NCBI RefSeq assembly: GCF_001194135.2 | Contig: NC_069000.1 | Location: 29,403,191-29,453,922 of the forward strand | Direction: 5' to 3' | Length of the DNA stretch: 50,732 nt | Source of the DNA: Octopus bimaculoides | Lineage: Eukaryota | Shown here: piece by piece, positions 1-13,321 of the stretch | Layout of the letters: every line of letters starts with the position of its first letter | How positions within the stretch are numbered: position 1 is the first letter of the stretch | Program-made: the position numbers and the translations under genes | The notes under the pieces: generated by a model | The model's database searches: none | What the model saw: only the letters and a program-made list of their open reading frames with translations | Told to the model about the DNA's origin: nothing

Positions 1-369
1 ACTATAAGACCAAAGTTAAAAACATTCCCCACAATTCAACTTCTCTGGTTGACATTATCACACCCACCCCCAATAGGGGCCTTCATTCCCACATTTTAGA
101 GCTCCATGAGCTCCATTTTTCAGGAGCAAAATCCTTTTTACAGGTTCCAGAAGACTGAAATTTTGGAATATGTGCATAAAGATTAATAGTATGGGATACA
201 TGTCTCATGATTAGAATTTTTTTAGGGTGTGTAAAGAGGGAAAGAACCCTCATGTGCAATTTTGATGAAATTCGAATCATATCTATTCCAGTTCCTTACA
301 GGAAATATAAGAGAAAAGTCTCATCCTTCAATTGCATGTAACACGGGCAACGCCGGGTATCTCTGCTAG
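1..369 (+). mobile_element. 3' end of a non-autonomous Helitron-like element
   Basis: Ends with a GC-rich imperfect hairpin (cgggc-aac-gccgg, 343-356), then CTAG (366-369) and a T, the canonical Helitron 3' terminus. The 5' end is not identifiable and may lie outside the window. Confidence 0.55.
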
Positions 370-800
370 TATACATATATACATACACATATATACATAT
401 ATATATATGCACATATATATACACACATACCTTACATACAAATATATGCATATACACACACACAAAGGTGTACTAGAGATCTTTCAGTAACTAATGATAC
501 ATTTACTTTTTAATCTAAACAGAATTATATGGGCACACTTAAATGTTCTGCAATCATTAATAACTTTAACATTACCAAGCATTCACAACACATGTGGTTT
601 ACTCACTAAAAACTTCCGGAGGCAGCAACACTCTCCTTACACTGAATCAAAAGTATTTAAATCTAACACCAAGTGCTAACCCGCTAAATAATCTGAATTA
701 GTATTTAGTAACTTCTTTTAATCCAGCATAGGCCTGGAACCAAGCATGCTAGAAAACTAGTAGTGTACCTGCATGTTGCCATTTAATATTAGGCACAGAC

Positions 801-1012
801 AAGGCAGCAAGCTGGCAGAATTGTTAGCATGCCGGGCAAGATGCTTAGTGGTATTTCATCTGTCTCTATGTTCTGATTTCAAATTCCATCAAGGTTGACT
901 TTTCTCTTCATCCTTTTGCGGTTGATAAAATACCAATTGAGCAATGGAGTCAATGTAATGGGCTTGGTCCCTCTCCCAAAACTGCTGGCCTTGTGCCAAA
1001 ATTTGAAACCAA
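801..1012 (+). mobile_element. SINE-B copy (tRNA-like head)
   Basis: Head aaggcagcaagctggcagaat, degenerate B box (ttcaaattcc) and tail ggccttgtgccaaaatttgaaacc; the same motifs recur about 20 times in the window. Confidence 0.75.
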
Positions 1013-1015
1013 TAT

Positions 1016-1392
1016 TAGGCACAGACATTGCAGTGTGGTTAAGGTGTTCACTTTGCAACCATGTGGTTTCGGGTTCAGTCCCACTTGGGTCTCTTCTGGT
1101 GTAGTCCTAGGCCAATCAATACCTTGTGGGTGAATCTGGTAGACAGACACTGTGTGGAAGCCTGTCATATATATACATATATCTGCATATGCCTCTGTGT
1201 CTGTTTGTATTCCTCTCCACTTCTTGACGATCAGTGTTGGTTTGTTCACATTCCTGTAACTTAACAGTTTAGCATAGAGAGTAATAGAATAAGTACCAGA
1301 CTTCAAAAATAAGTTCTGGGGTTGGTTTGTTCAATTAAAACCCTTCAAGACAGTGCCCCAACATGACCACAGACCAATGACTGAAACAAGAC
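1016..1392 (+). mobile_element. SINE-A copy (tRNA-derived head, central ccttgtg(a/g)gtgg/aatc domain, tgactgaaacaag tail)
   Basis: Collinear with copies at 11155, 28328, 40905, 43875 and 47270. Confidence 0.75.
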
Positions 1393-1629
1393 ATATATAT
1401 ATATGAAGAGATACTGAAAAGTTCTTGGCTTTAAGGATATTGCAAAAGGCCTGGTTGGAAGCTCAAACTTTGGAGTTCTTTTACAGGGTTTAGAAAAACT
1501 GAAGGACTGCTGCAATAAGTGTGTGAATCTGAGAGAGGAATATGTTGAATAAAATAATTAATTGATCCTCCTGTATTTTCTGTTACCCAAAGCCAAGAAC
1601 TCATACACACACACACACACACACACACA

Positions 1630-2847
1630 CATATTAAGCATAAGTGGTATCAGATGTAGTGTGCAAGATAGAATACTGTGCTGGTTTGGTCAGGTGATGT
1701 GGACAGATAAGGAAGGCTGTATAAAGTGCCAATTGTTAAACATGGATGGAACCTGTGGAAAAGGGAAACCAAGGAAGATGTGGGATGATGTAGTGAAGAA
1801 TGACTTCAGAGGTTTGAACTTCATGGAGGAGACAACAAAGGATCAAGATGACTGGCAATTTACTATGCTTGAGAAAACCTTTCAATCTAAGCAAAAACGA
1901 GGCCCTAAAAGCATGTCACTTATGTCTATGCTCTATATATTCAATCTGTCCCTGATGAACCTTCACCCCAACAATCCATTCTCATAATGCCCATCCCTCC
2001 CACAGCTCATCTTAACATCCACCCCAAAACCGCACATATTTCATCCTCTACCCATACAGCTCACCCTCAATGGAACCATTTCCTTTTTCTTATGCAGTCT
2101 CAGTATCATCCAATATCACCTTATTTCCCACCGAATGCTTTCACCTCTCCTTCCTTTGTACATCCCTGCATTTTGCAAATGGATATTCCCATTCCAATCC
2201 CTTACTCCTGTCCGTCTCCGCCTTTATATCCCAGGCACTGTGCATCTCTCTCTCACATCCCATCTCTACATATTCGCATCATCTTTGTTGCCACCTATTA
2301 CCTCCTTGACCCACACCTACTTCCACCACTTTCTCCTCCAACTGATATTCTCAACTGACCAATACCTTCAACTGTGTTCACCATCCATTGCATTCCTTTC
2401 TATCCATCCATCACTCACCTCCCCTAAACTTGCTTACTCACCTATTCTGTTTCTCTTTTATATTCACCTTTCCTGTAACACAAAGTTACAATGATACATC
2501 TTCACCACCGTCCTTTTTATCTTCAAACAGAGGCACCTATGTACCTCTCCATACAGCAGGACACCTATTACTGTCCCTCTACTACACTTTAAGCTCTCAT
2601 CACCTGGCATAAAGCCATCAATTCTACCCCTCCTCCACCCTTTGAGAGATGAAGTTTTGCAAGGCACTTGGTGATCTCTCTAGTACCAGTGCCACATAAA
2701 AAGCACTCGGTACACTCTGTAAAGTGGTTGGCATTTGGAAGGGCATCCATCCCTAGAAGTCAAGATAATGGAGTTTGATGCAGTCTTCTGGCTCACCAGC
2801 TCTTGTCAAACCGTCCAACCCATGCCAGCATGGAAAACGGATGTTAA

Positions 2848-2856
<9 letters not shown>
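1630..2856 (+). mobile_element. 5'-truncated RTE-clade LINE (ORF C-terminus, pyrimidine-rich spacer, 3' tail)
   Basis: Translation ..RILCWFGQVM..GTCGKGKPRKMWDDVVKNDF..DQDDWQ matches the RTE C-terminus (RLRWFGHV..RGRPRKTW). The tail ccaacccatgccagcatggaaaacggatgttaa is shared with many copies in the window. Confidence 0.8.
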
Positions 2857-2909
<53 letters not shown>

Positions 2910-2910
2910 G

Positions 2911-4106
2911 AGAGTCATCCCATAAATAATGGAGTTTTTTCAATTACATGAGCTAAAAGTCAGAAGGGGACAGGATAAACTACCTGCATCAACTTGCTAT
3001 AAAAAAGGTAATAATTTTACCTTGTGCTTATTCTTAGTGCAAGTTTTGAAGAATGCAGTTCGATTTTAACAATTATTTTTTTCAAAGCTATAATGGAAGT
3101 GACAAAGGTGCATATTCAGCATATTTTGCTTTATGAGTTCAATAAAGGCAACAACACAATGGAAAGTGTGAGGAATATTAATGCAGTATATGGGGATGAA
3201 TCAGACAATAAGCATAAGCCAGTGTCAACAGTGGTTCCAGAAATTCCAAGCCGGAAACTACAGTCTAGAAGATGAGCCTTGTCCTGGAAGATCTGTAGAG
3301 CTCAATGAAGATGTCCTGCAAACCCTGGTGGAATGAAATCCCATTGTAACTGTTGAGGAACTAGTGGAGAAGCTTGGATTTCGTTGTTAAACCATTCATC
3401 AACACCTGTGTGCCATTGGAAAAGTCAGTAAATCAGGTCAATGGGTTCCTCACAAACTTTCCGAGTCTAATCACACACAGAGAGTGAATGTGTGCTCTTC
3501 TTTGCTGTCATGTCTCACGAATGAACCTTTTTTTGGACCGAATTGTGACTGGTGACGAGAAACGGGTTCTCTATAAAAATGTCAAACACTGAAAACAGTG
3601 GATAAGGAAAGGAGAAAAACTGGCTCCCCAAGTTAAAGAAAATTTTCACCAACATAAGGAGCTGTTATCTTTTAAACCCAAATCAAACGATAATAAAGGA
3701 TATCTGCTTGAGCAGCTTAAGTCAGTGCTAGAAGAAAAACGACTATCTTTGGTTTCAAGACAAAAGGTGTTCTTCCATCAGGATAATGCTCGGCTACATA
3801 CAGCAAGGATGACATTCCAAAGGTTAGAGCAGTTTGAATGGGAACCGACGCCCCACCTACCATATTCGCTGGACATTGCTCCATCTAACTACCATTTATT
3901 CCAGTCTTCAAAATCATTTGGATGGAAAAAATATGAATTTCGTAGACGAGGACAGAACAGTGCTGGAGTATCTTTCGTCATAGACAATTGAATTTTGGAA
4001 GAGCAGTGTAGAAAATGAAGGAGAGTATATTTTAAATTAAAAATGAACTTTGTTCGTCTTAATTTTGGAAAATAAGAGGTATAAAAACAGCATTATTCAT
4101 GGAATG

Positions 4107-4113
<7 letters not shown>
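2911..4113 (+). mobile_element. Near full-length decayed mariner (Tc1/mariner) transposon with transposase pseudogene
   Basis: About 28-bp imperfect TIRs (agtcatcccataaataatggagtttt / aaaacagcattattcatggaatgatcc). ATG at 3093; motifs WVPHKL, VTGDE, FHQDNARLHTA and PYSLDIAPSNYHLF across frameshifts and stops. Internal deletion at 3670/3671. Confidence 0.92.
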
Positions 4114-4140
<27 letters not shown>

Positions 4141-4143
<3 letters not shown>

Positions 4144-4230
4144 GTGGGGGAAGCAAGAAGAAATAAGCGAAAATGCACATTGGAAAAAAAAAGTGCATTT
4201 TCGCTTTTTTTTTTCTTCTTACTTTACCCA
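4141..4230. repeat. About 90-nt inverted repeat (long hairpin)
   Basis: Perfect 14-bp core aagcgaaaatgcac / gtgcattttcgctt with a 14-nt loop, extendable through aagaagaaa/tttcttctt to terminal tgggt/accca. Confidence 0.8.
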
Positions 4231-4272
4231 TACATTTCCACGTGTAGCTTTTATTTTCTTTTTGCATATTTC

Positions 4273-4306
<34 letters not shown>

Positions 4307-4309
<3 letters not shown>

Positions 4310-4454
4310 TTCAAAGAGGACTAAACCTTTCATATCCCACCAAACAGATAACAACGCCTTACGTTGGTGAAGACCTTCTTTAACCTCAAGTGCCGGTGTT
4401 TCTCCCTTTCCTACCCACTGTCTTCGGCGCTTGACATTTTTATAGAGAATCCAT
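4307..4454 (-). mobile_element. Mariner transposase internal fragment, same family as 2911-4113, inverted
   Basis: Minus-strand translation WILYKNVKRRRQWVGKGETPALEVKEGLHQRKALLSVWWDMKGLVLFEL. Confidence 0.88.
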
Positions 4455-5255
4455 ATATATATAACAAAAACAAAAATACAGATAGAGAAAATCACATCTG
4501 CGTGCTTTGTTGATATGTGCCTGTATTTTTAAAATCTTTTTTCTTCTTATATATATATATATTTAAATACACACACACAGTTCATATATTAGCCGCATGA
4601 CATACATCTACCTGTCCTGCTCCAATGGCAACACTTTCAAATTTCCGATCTTACAACTAAATAATCTTTCTTTCTCACTATTCCAATACACAAGTTAGCT
4701 GAGTATATTTGTACCTAAGTATGTCTGCGTACTTAATGTACGTTATATTCACCTCCCTGTGTATTTATGTATTAGAATTATGCCTGGTTTGAGTGAGCGT
4801 GCATACGTGCGCGCACGCACACATACACAAATGCACACGCGAGCGCTCTTTATTTTCACCCTTGTGCTCTCTCTCTTATTCAATAGTGTCTGTGTAACCA
4901 CTTATAACCACCGATAATGTTATCAAATACTTATTGTTATCAAAATCACTGGTTCACAGAATATTGATTCATTCTTTGCTTAATGCTATCAACCGTTTAA
5001 GGCTTTGTCCCACTTTGATCCCAATAAACGGCAACCTTTCAATATATATACGCACACACCTATATGCCTATATCATAAAATATATGTATGCACACACAAT
5101 GCCTGTAGCTATATATATATATATATATATATATATGAGTACGGGCGTGTATACACACACACACACAAACATGCATACAAAATCGCAAATTATATATATA
5201 CACACATACACATTTCGATGCATACATAAAGATATGTATACACATACACACACAC

Positions 5256-5258
<3 letters not shown>

Positions 5259-5343
<85 letters not shown>
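5259..5343. repeat. (GA)n microsatellite
   Basis: Pure GA dinucleotide run. Confidence 0.98.
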
Positions 5344-5346
<3 letters not shown>

Positions 5347-5930
5347 CGTGCATGTGTTTCAGTGATGTTTACATGGCGGATGTCTTGGATAACACACAAT
5401 AGTCCACGTTTAGAGCATCAAAAAGGTATTTGAATATAACAAAGATGAAAAAAGAGAAGAAAATACATTTGAGAGAAATCATTCGCTTTCTGGTATAATC
5501 ATCTTAAAATATGAAAGTGCTATTTTAAAATTATATTATGTTAGTGTGGCGATTGGTGAAAGTTGATTAGAATGAAGACAGACAGACGTGTTTGATGGAA
5601 CTCTGGTGGAGATATTGGTAGAATATTTTAAGATAGGAGAATATTTGATTGATAAAAAGGACGTGGAAATAGTTCAAATACCGGCAGAGGCAGTTGTAGC
5701 AGTAACATTTGTGGTGGCAGGCTAAGTAAAGTATATCCTCTCTGAGGTATCTGCTCACTACCGTGGTCAGCCATCATCGTTCACCAACTGAATATGACGA
5801 CTACTCGCCCCCCCCCCCGCACACACACAAGGCAGATCATCTAGTTGCCTAGAATATTGGCAAGTAATAAATAATTTAATGATATAAAACTTTTGATTCA
5901 AATGATCATCGTTTTGAGAATTACATACAC

Positions 5931-5975
<45 letters not shown>

Positions 5976-6767
5976 AGAGATAGTGGGTAATAAAGTGTGT
6001 TAATAGCTGTTAAAATGGAACACTTTCCGTTGGGGAAGCCTTTCCATCTAACACCGACTGCAACGAATGAATGACGGTTATAGTGTGTAATGAATACATG
6101 TATACACACTCCTTGTCTCTCTCTGCACGAAGCTGTATCCATCTGTGCTGCGACAGGTATGATTGCATCTTCCTACCATTCCTAGCAGACATTGGACGGT
6201 AAGAGACAAAATAAGCATGCAAATATAGCAGTGATGACATACTGCAACTGCTGAAATAAATAGAGAAGTGCACTATGTAGAGAGAGAGAGAGAGAAGCAA
6301 TGAACAGTACGTACTGAGTGCGAGAAATTAGGTAGTATGTGTTGAGAGAGAGAGAGAGAGAGAGAGAGAGGCGGAGATAAGAGATTAGGGCAATAAGCAC
6401 CTTTACTAGTCAATTTTTGTTATCTCACACGCCCAACTATCAATGGCAGTGTTGACATTGTTGACAATGGTGAAGGAGATACTCACTGATTGTCACCTTA
6501 ACAGTCGGTTATATTATTGTTGACGTCCGTGGGGAGGGGGAGTTAGCTGAATAATAATAACAATAATTCTTTTATTGGCCATAAGGGCTAATATATACAA
6601 ACATAACAATAATACCACGAAATACAGAGGAGTGACACACACACACACACATACAATCTGTGTTTAACATGAAACAAAGAGCGAGGAAGGAAGGTGATGA
6701 TTAACGCAGCAGGTATTGAACTAGTGTTCTCTTTCTCACACACACACGTACGCACACAGTATAGTCA

Positions 6768-7076
<309 letters not shown>

Positions 7077-8806
7077 TTAATTCTTCACAACCAGGTTTCA
7101 AGATATATCTTTGACTGAATCGTTTATCATAGTTTCTCCAGTCAGGGGTTCAAATACTACCGTTCTACTTGCAGTACTTGATGTAGCAGAATCGGAATAG
7201 CACCGGACAGATTATTTGGTTATGTCCCTTTGTCTTCCTGAATTTCCTCCAAGTCGACTAAAAACCAGTTAAGTACTAAGTTAGAGTTAACTGACAATAC
7301 CCGTCTCTTATATTTGTTCCTATATTAAAATATTGTTACCGATGACTCGGTATTTGGTTTCACTTGAGTCAAATTAATAACATCCGTTAGTTACCGTCAT
7401 GGTCTTCCTTTATATGTAGTCCTCATAACGTAAAAAATTTATATGACAGAATATGAAGACATTACAAGTGGAGGGTATCAACTACTACTTCCTTGTTAGA
7501 TATTAGTGGCTGTTGTTAAGATAAGCATATCCATCATTAAAACAAATCCTCAAAGGAAAACTATCCTGCGTTTTATCGCTGTTCAGGCCCTTGTCATCAA
7601 ATACACCATAGCCCATCTATGTGAAGAGCATGATTCAATAGCTGCAATCTGCTCCAACCCACACAGTCACTACTATCATGTCCAACTTCCCACACATTCT
7701 AGATACACCAACAACGCACCAGAATACTACTTACAACACCAAAACTACATAGCTACTACTATTGCAACTACTGGTCGGTTGCTGCTTGACCAACCATTCA
7801 CACAAATATCTAAATACGTTGATATTAGGCATTATAAAGCACCAATTTGAAAAAGTCGAGAAAGAGTTTCGTTACCAGGACTTGGAGCTACGTAATTTAT
7901 CAGTTGAATGGCAATCGCTTTACTTAACATACGAAGAGTGAGAAGTTCTCGGTGTATATTATTGCTCTCCTGCTCACAGGGTTTCGCTAATTCCGCCCCT
8001 CATTTTGAATTGTTACATAATTATTTTCACTATCATATCTTTCACAGTGGTAATTATTGAAACAGTATATGAAGCTAATGTTTTTATTAATTGCAATAAA
8101 AAAAATCCTTATTTCAATGGATCATAGATATTATGTTTGATTTAATGCCCAAATCTATCGTTGGGAACACCGAAAGCATTTTATCACCAAAAGCTAGAGA
8201 AAAAGCATTAGATTTTGTAAAAGGCTCATTAGTTTTCACTAATTTTTTTTCCTTGTTATTGTTTCAGCTTGTCAACAACTGTGAACTTAGTTGAGAACAG
8301 ACAAGCTTCGAGATATGAAACTAGTATTTGCTTCAGAATATATTTTAGATAGAGACTGCCAATTCTGGATTTGTACACTCGGTCAAATAAGTAAGATAGA
8401 CCGTTATGTCTAGACCACCAATCAATGTCAACATGTAGGAGCCACAGGTGGTGAACGTCACCCGAGGATAATAATGGTTTCAAATTTTGGTACAAGGCCA
8501 GTAATTTCGGGGGAGGGAAGTAAGTTGATTACATAGACCCCCAATGATCAACTGGTGCTAATTTTATCAACCCGAGGATAATATTAACATTAGCACGCTT
8601 TCCAAACCTCAGTAATTGAGTAATCGCAAACAAGATTAAATCTAGCACCATTAAAAAACAAACAAAAAAACTATTAATATGTGATAGCCTTTATTGGCAC
8701 TAGTATTTAATCTGACACACATACAGAAATTACACACACACACACACATTGTTTAAAATATATTTACAAATGACGTTAAAATGATGCTGTTATATGTGTG
8801 TATAGA

Positions 8807-8809
<3 letters not shown>

Positions 8810-8874
<65 letters not shown>
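8810..8874. repeat. (TA)n microsatellite, one of many (also about 2850, 4113, 4275, 5110, 5935, 36300, 39222, 41910, 45095, 48865)
   Basis: Pure TA run. Confidence 0.98.
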
Positions 8875-8878
<4 letters not shown>

Positions 8879-9052
8879 ATAAAAAGTATATATCTATGAT
8901 ATATAATTTATATATATTATATAAGTATAAGCATACAAACTTTATCTGTAATATTAATAGCATATCATATATATAACGTGGTGATAAATTATAATTGGAT
9001 ATTTATATTATATAATAAATAATATCTAAATATGCATATACATATCATCGTA

Positions 9053-9360
9053 ATAATTATCATGGTTGTTTAATGTTTTCCATGCTGACATGGGTTGGAC
9101 GGTTCTACAGGAACTGATGAGTTAGAAGACTGTATTGAGCTTCAGTGTCTGCTTTGACATGATTTCTATAGCTGGATGACCTTCCTAACGCCAACCACTT
9201 TATTTGGGTATAACGGGTGCTTTCTCGAGGCACCAGCACTAGTGACGTCACTAAGTACTCACAAGACAAGACTCTTTAATTGAGTGGGATATAGTAATGA
9301 GATATGAAAATATGATAGAGGGACAGGAGCAGGTGTCTTGGTGAAGAGGTGACTACAGGG
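9053..9360 (-). mobile_element. RTE LINE 3' tail fragment
   Basis: catgctgacatgggttggacgg..ggatgaccttcctaacgccaaccac, the reverse complement of the tail at 2660-2856. Confidence 0.75.
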
Positions 9361-9399
9361 CTATCCTAGATTATTGCAATTTTAGTATATCATTACTAT

Positions 9400-10248
9400 T
9401 CATCTAATAAGCTGACCTGCCGACTTTTGTTATTCCATATTGAAGGAGATGGCAGTAACAGCACTTTAAACATAGCCTACTAAACATTGCTTGTCACAGC
9501 TGACAAGTTTGTAGAATGTAGTTGGGAGGTTTAGAAGCTTACTATGCAATAAAGTTTTGGTTTAAACTGGGCAAAACATTACAAAAACTTATGAAATGCT
9601 CCAGACTGCTTATAGATTAAATTTTTCACTGGCACAAGAAGTTCAAGGATGCTAGAGAAGAGGTGAGAGATGATGAGGGCTGTTGGTGGGAGCACGATAT
9701 CAGAACATCAGAGCTGGGATGAAGACTGTTGTGTTTCTATAAAAGCAATAACCACAATTCGGAGTTGGTGTGACAACTGTACATAGAATTATTCATGAAG
9801 ATCTGAACAACTGCAAAATTTGTGCAAAGATTGTTCCTAGAGTACCCAGTGCTGAGCATCCTGGTAACTAAGTACCATTCTACAATTCCATCCTGATAAC
9901 CATCTACTTGACACCTACACCAGGACAATATACCACTCTACAATTTCATCCTGGTAATCAACTACTTGACAAAGATGGGCATCAAAAACTGTCCCTCAAC
10001 CTCCCTACAGACTAGACCTTACTCCCTGTGACTTTTGGTGTTCTCCAAGCAGGAGAACTTCAGAAGCAGTTGTTCTGAAGATGAAGGAAGCTATGACAAT
10101 GGTCCTGGAGGCTCTCACTTCTGTGAGGCCATCACAATGTGATTGGAGTGCTACAACAAGTGCATTGAAGTCAGAGGGTCCTACTTTGAAGTAGATTAGA
10201 GCTTTGTACTTTCTGTAGAAGTCTGAAAACTTTCGGAATGCACCTTGT
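9400..10248 (+). mobile_element. Internally deleted mariner-like transposon (second family)
   Basis: Degenerate peptides YAIKF-FKLGK, FHWHKKFKDAREEVRDDE, TVHRIIHEDL..KICAKIVP, LTKMGIK-VPQPPYRLDLTPCDFW and LECYNKCIEVRGSYFE. Right TIR-like end gtctgaaaactttcggaatgcaccttgt; local duplication of about 40 bp at 9875-9970. Confidence 0.82.
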
Positions 10249-11154
10249 GTGTGTATGTAATGAGGAAGAGACATGAACCTTACAACTCAAAAATCTTTAG
10301 TATCATCTTCACAAGGCAATGTTGGAATATTTACATGTTTAACTTCAAATGATTAAACCAAGCTTCCTACTATCTTTAAAATAGGGACTCAGGTGAGACA
10401 TTAGGGCCTTCTCTGTAGAAATTTGACACTATGTGTAACAGTCAACTTTCTGACAATAGTTTTATATATATTATACATTACATAATATGTATCATATTTG
10501 ATTCATAAATTATTTTATTTATATCGTCTTACACATATTTCAATAGCAATAATATCCATTAGTTAAAGAAAATCCTTATAAACAGATTTGTGCACATATT
10601 AATCCACTATCCAAAAGTGAGCAGTAGACATCATCAAGAACTTCCTGCAACAACAGGAACCAATAAGAAAATCTCTTACATAGCAACAAGACCTACAAGA
10701 AATAACAGTGAAATCTCTCTAATACTATATTGTTTTAAAAACAGGAAGGATACAAGAGACAATGTAGTCCTAAATATACGCAACATCAGAAATGAGACAA
10801 GCCGGTCGCTGTTGAAACGCCATTGATCTTTGGTTTGTTTAATCAACACTGACATATGGCTAAATTGTAATTACAAATAATTACACAAATGATGCTGCAG
10901 CATTATACATTTACTGCACCATTTAAACACGTGCATATGTTGGGTTTAAATATAAAAATTGCACTGAAATTTTAAAGCACATTTGCTACACGAGTTATCC
11001 CAGCTGTTATTGTAAATATTGAAATGCACTACCTTTATTCCAATTAATTTCAAAACTAATGAAGAATTTATCAAATAAACTTTTTCCTTATTAAGGTAAT
11101 ATTTAGAACATAAATTCATGTAAAATTTTGATAGAAGATTTTAATTTAAATTGC

Positions 11155-11485
11155 TTGGCATGGCTGTGTGGTAAGAAGCTTGCTTCCCAACCACATGGTT
11201 CTGGGTTCAGTCCCACTATGTGGCACCTTGGGCAAGTGTCTTCTACTATAGCCTCAGGCCAACCAAAGCCTTGTGAGGATTTTGTAGATGGAAACTGAAA
11301 GAAGCCTATTGTATATATGTATGTGTGTGTCTTAGTGTCTGTGTTTGTCAAAACAGACTGATACAATAAGTACCAGGCTTAACAAAAAGAAGTACTGGGG
11401 TCTATTTGTTCAAATAAAACAATTCAAGGCAGTATCCCAGTATGGTCGCAGTCTAATGACTGAAACAAGTAAAAGATAAAAGATC
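11155..11485 (+). mobile_element. SINE-A copy (CpG-decayed)
   Basis: ggcatggctgtgtggtaagaagcttgcttcccaaccacatggttctgggttcagtccc head and tgactgaaacaagtaaaagataaaag tail. Confidence 0.85.
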
Positions 11486-12315
11486 ATAGCACTAGGAGCA
11501 GTCTCAAGCAGGCTGGTGAAAAAGAGTTAACCACATAAGTGTGGTTTAAGCAATAAGCTGTACCAAAATAGCAATGAGATTTTGCTGCAAGCTTTATCTT
11601 AATGCAATGTACTTTTTGAACCCAGATGTACTGAAGCTTAACAACAACACATCATCACTGCAATGTCTTTTTCTTTTAAAAGTAGAATGTGATTTCAAAA
11701 TTTGACTGCTATTTCTAGCAGTCAAGCAACGACCTAGAAGTTCCCTTGGTTTTTTTATTGTGAGAAGTTTTAAATATAGATGTAAAATCTCACAATAGGT
11801 TTGAGTTTTTTTTTTTTTTTTACACAACAATGTATAGTTCACTTAGCAACATATTATACAAACAGTAACGTATTGTTCACTTAGCAACTTACTTAATATG
11901 AACTCCTTGATAACGAGACTTTCCAAGACAAATTAGAAATACAAACAGAGTAATCAATGACAAATGTGTGTGTGTGTGTGTGTGTATAAGAAATGTTTTC
12001 TGCAGATAGCAATGACATCTGTATGGAGAATTTGAAAAAAGTTTTTCACTGGATGCCTTTACTATTAATTAGAAAAAGAGCCAGGTCATGTGATGGGGAG
12101 ACTAGCCAATAAGAGATTAGATTGATCTATTAACACAGTTTAGCTATTGAGGACATCAGCTTATAGCTATCATTAATTAATTTCTCCCCCTCCCTTCTCA
12201 TATTCTTTATCTCTTTTTACTTAGGTCTTTAGAACTAGCAACTTAATAAGGTCAATGTCTCAGACATTCTTAACTTCTTTCATCATCACCTTTTTTTTAA
12301 TGTTCACTTCCTCTT

Positions 12316-12350
<35 letters not shown>

Positions 12351-12554
12351 GATAACACTCCTAGTTGATTAACAAGTAAATGGGCATCCAGCTGTAAAAC
12401 TTGAGTTTCATTTGATTACACATGATCAACTGCTCAAACTCTTCACAGAAACTGTATGTGTTCAGTCTGTTGACATGAAACAACAGCATCCCATAATGTT
12501 TATGTAGTAGTTGAATTTATTAATTCTAAACAAAATAATATAAATAGTAAAAAT

Positions 12555-13056
12555 AATTTATTCTTTTATTAGCCACAGGTCAGTAACGCTCGGGCACTGG
12601 ACAAGGGCATGCAGAATGGTTTCAACGCTTTGTGTGCACCTTGGGCAGGCCCAGCTGACAGCACTTCCATGCCTGCAAAGTTTATCCTGAACTGGCAGTG
12701 CCCCTCAGTAGCACCACCAGGCAAGGGATTTCTGGAAGTTATCTCTGAAACAATACCAATAAGTTGATTCTTGTCGATGCCCAGAGTTTCCCTGAGAATG
12801 TCATCGCACTTTCTCTCCACTAACCCACTATAGAATGCTAGAGTGGAACTACCACCGACCGCATTGCCCGCTTGGCGGAGAGCTGCGAGTGCTTGATGGC
12901 ACTTGAAGTGCCGAGCACCCCTCCTTGCTCTACGCCTAATCCAGGATTGCAGCTCAGTCAAAGAGATGAGCTGTGGAAGAGCATGTCTAACAAATGGTAA
13001 CCACACCTGCTCACTGTCAAGGAAATGATCGAGATGTCGTAGCCTGAGTGCATGTC
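12555..13056 (-). mobile_element. Tx1/L1-clade LINE 3' fragment, copy 1 (internally deleted)
   Basis: Collinear with 13887-14385. The 3' tail tggctaataaaagaataaatta is fused directly to the zf-RVT region. Confidence 0.8.
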
Positions 13057-13137
13057 TTAAGATATCTTGTCCATGGACAAACAAACAAACAAATACGACT
13101 GAAAACAATACCTCTGCCTTCGCGGAGGAAGAGGTAA

Positions 13138-13321
13138 TAATGATTCCAAATTTTAGCACAAGGCCAACAATTTTGGGGAGGGGGTAAGTTGGTTTATCAA
13201 CCCTGAAAGGATGAAAGGCAAATTCAACCTCGGTTGGATTTGAACTCAGAACATAAAGATGGATGAAATGCCACAAAGCATTTTACCCTGGATGGTAATG
13301 ATTCTGCCAGCTTGCCACCTT
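13138..13321 (-). mobile_element. SINE-B copy
   Basis: Reverse complement of the SINE-B head and tail; the head abuts the (TTA)n tail of Tx1 copy 2. Confidence 0.8.

Noticed and set aside
607-641. 35-nt minus-strand micro-exon (CAG|..|GTGAGT)
   Set aside because: Splice signals only; no recognisable peptide, and such matches are expected by chance.
7146-7200. Possible pre-miRNA hairpin
   Set aside because: Only about 14 pairs with several bulges, and no recognisable mature miRNA.
12569-13276. 235-aa minus-strand ORF as a host gene
   Set aside because: A chimera of SINE-B sequence and a frameshifted Tx1 LINE fragment.
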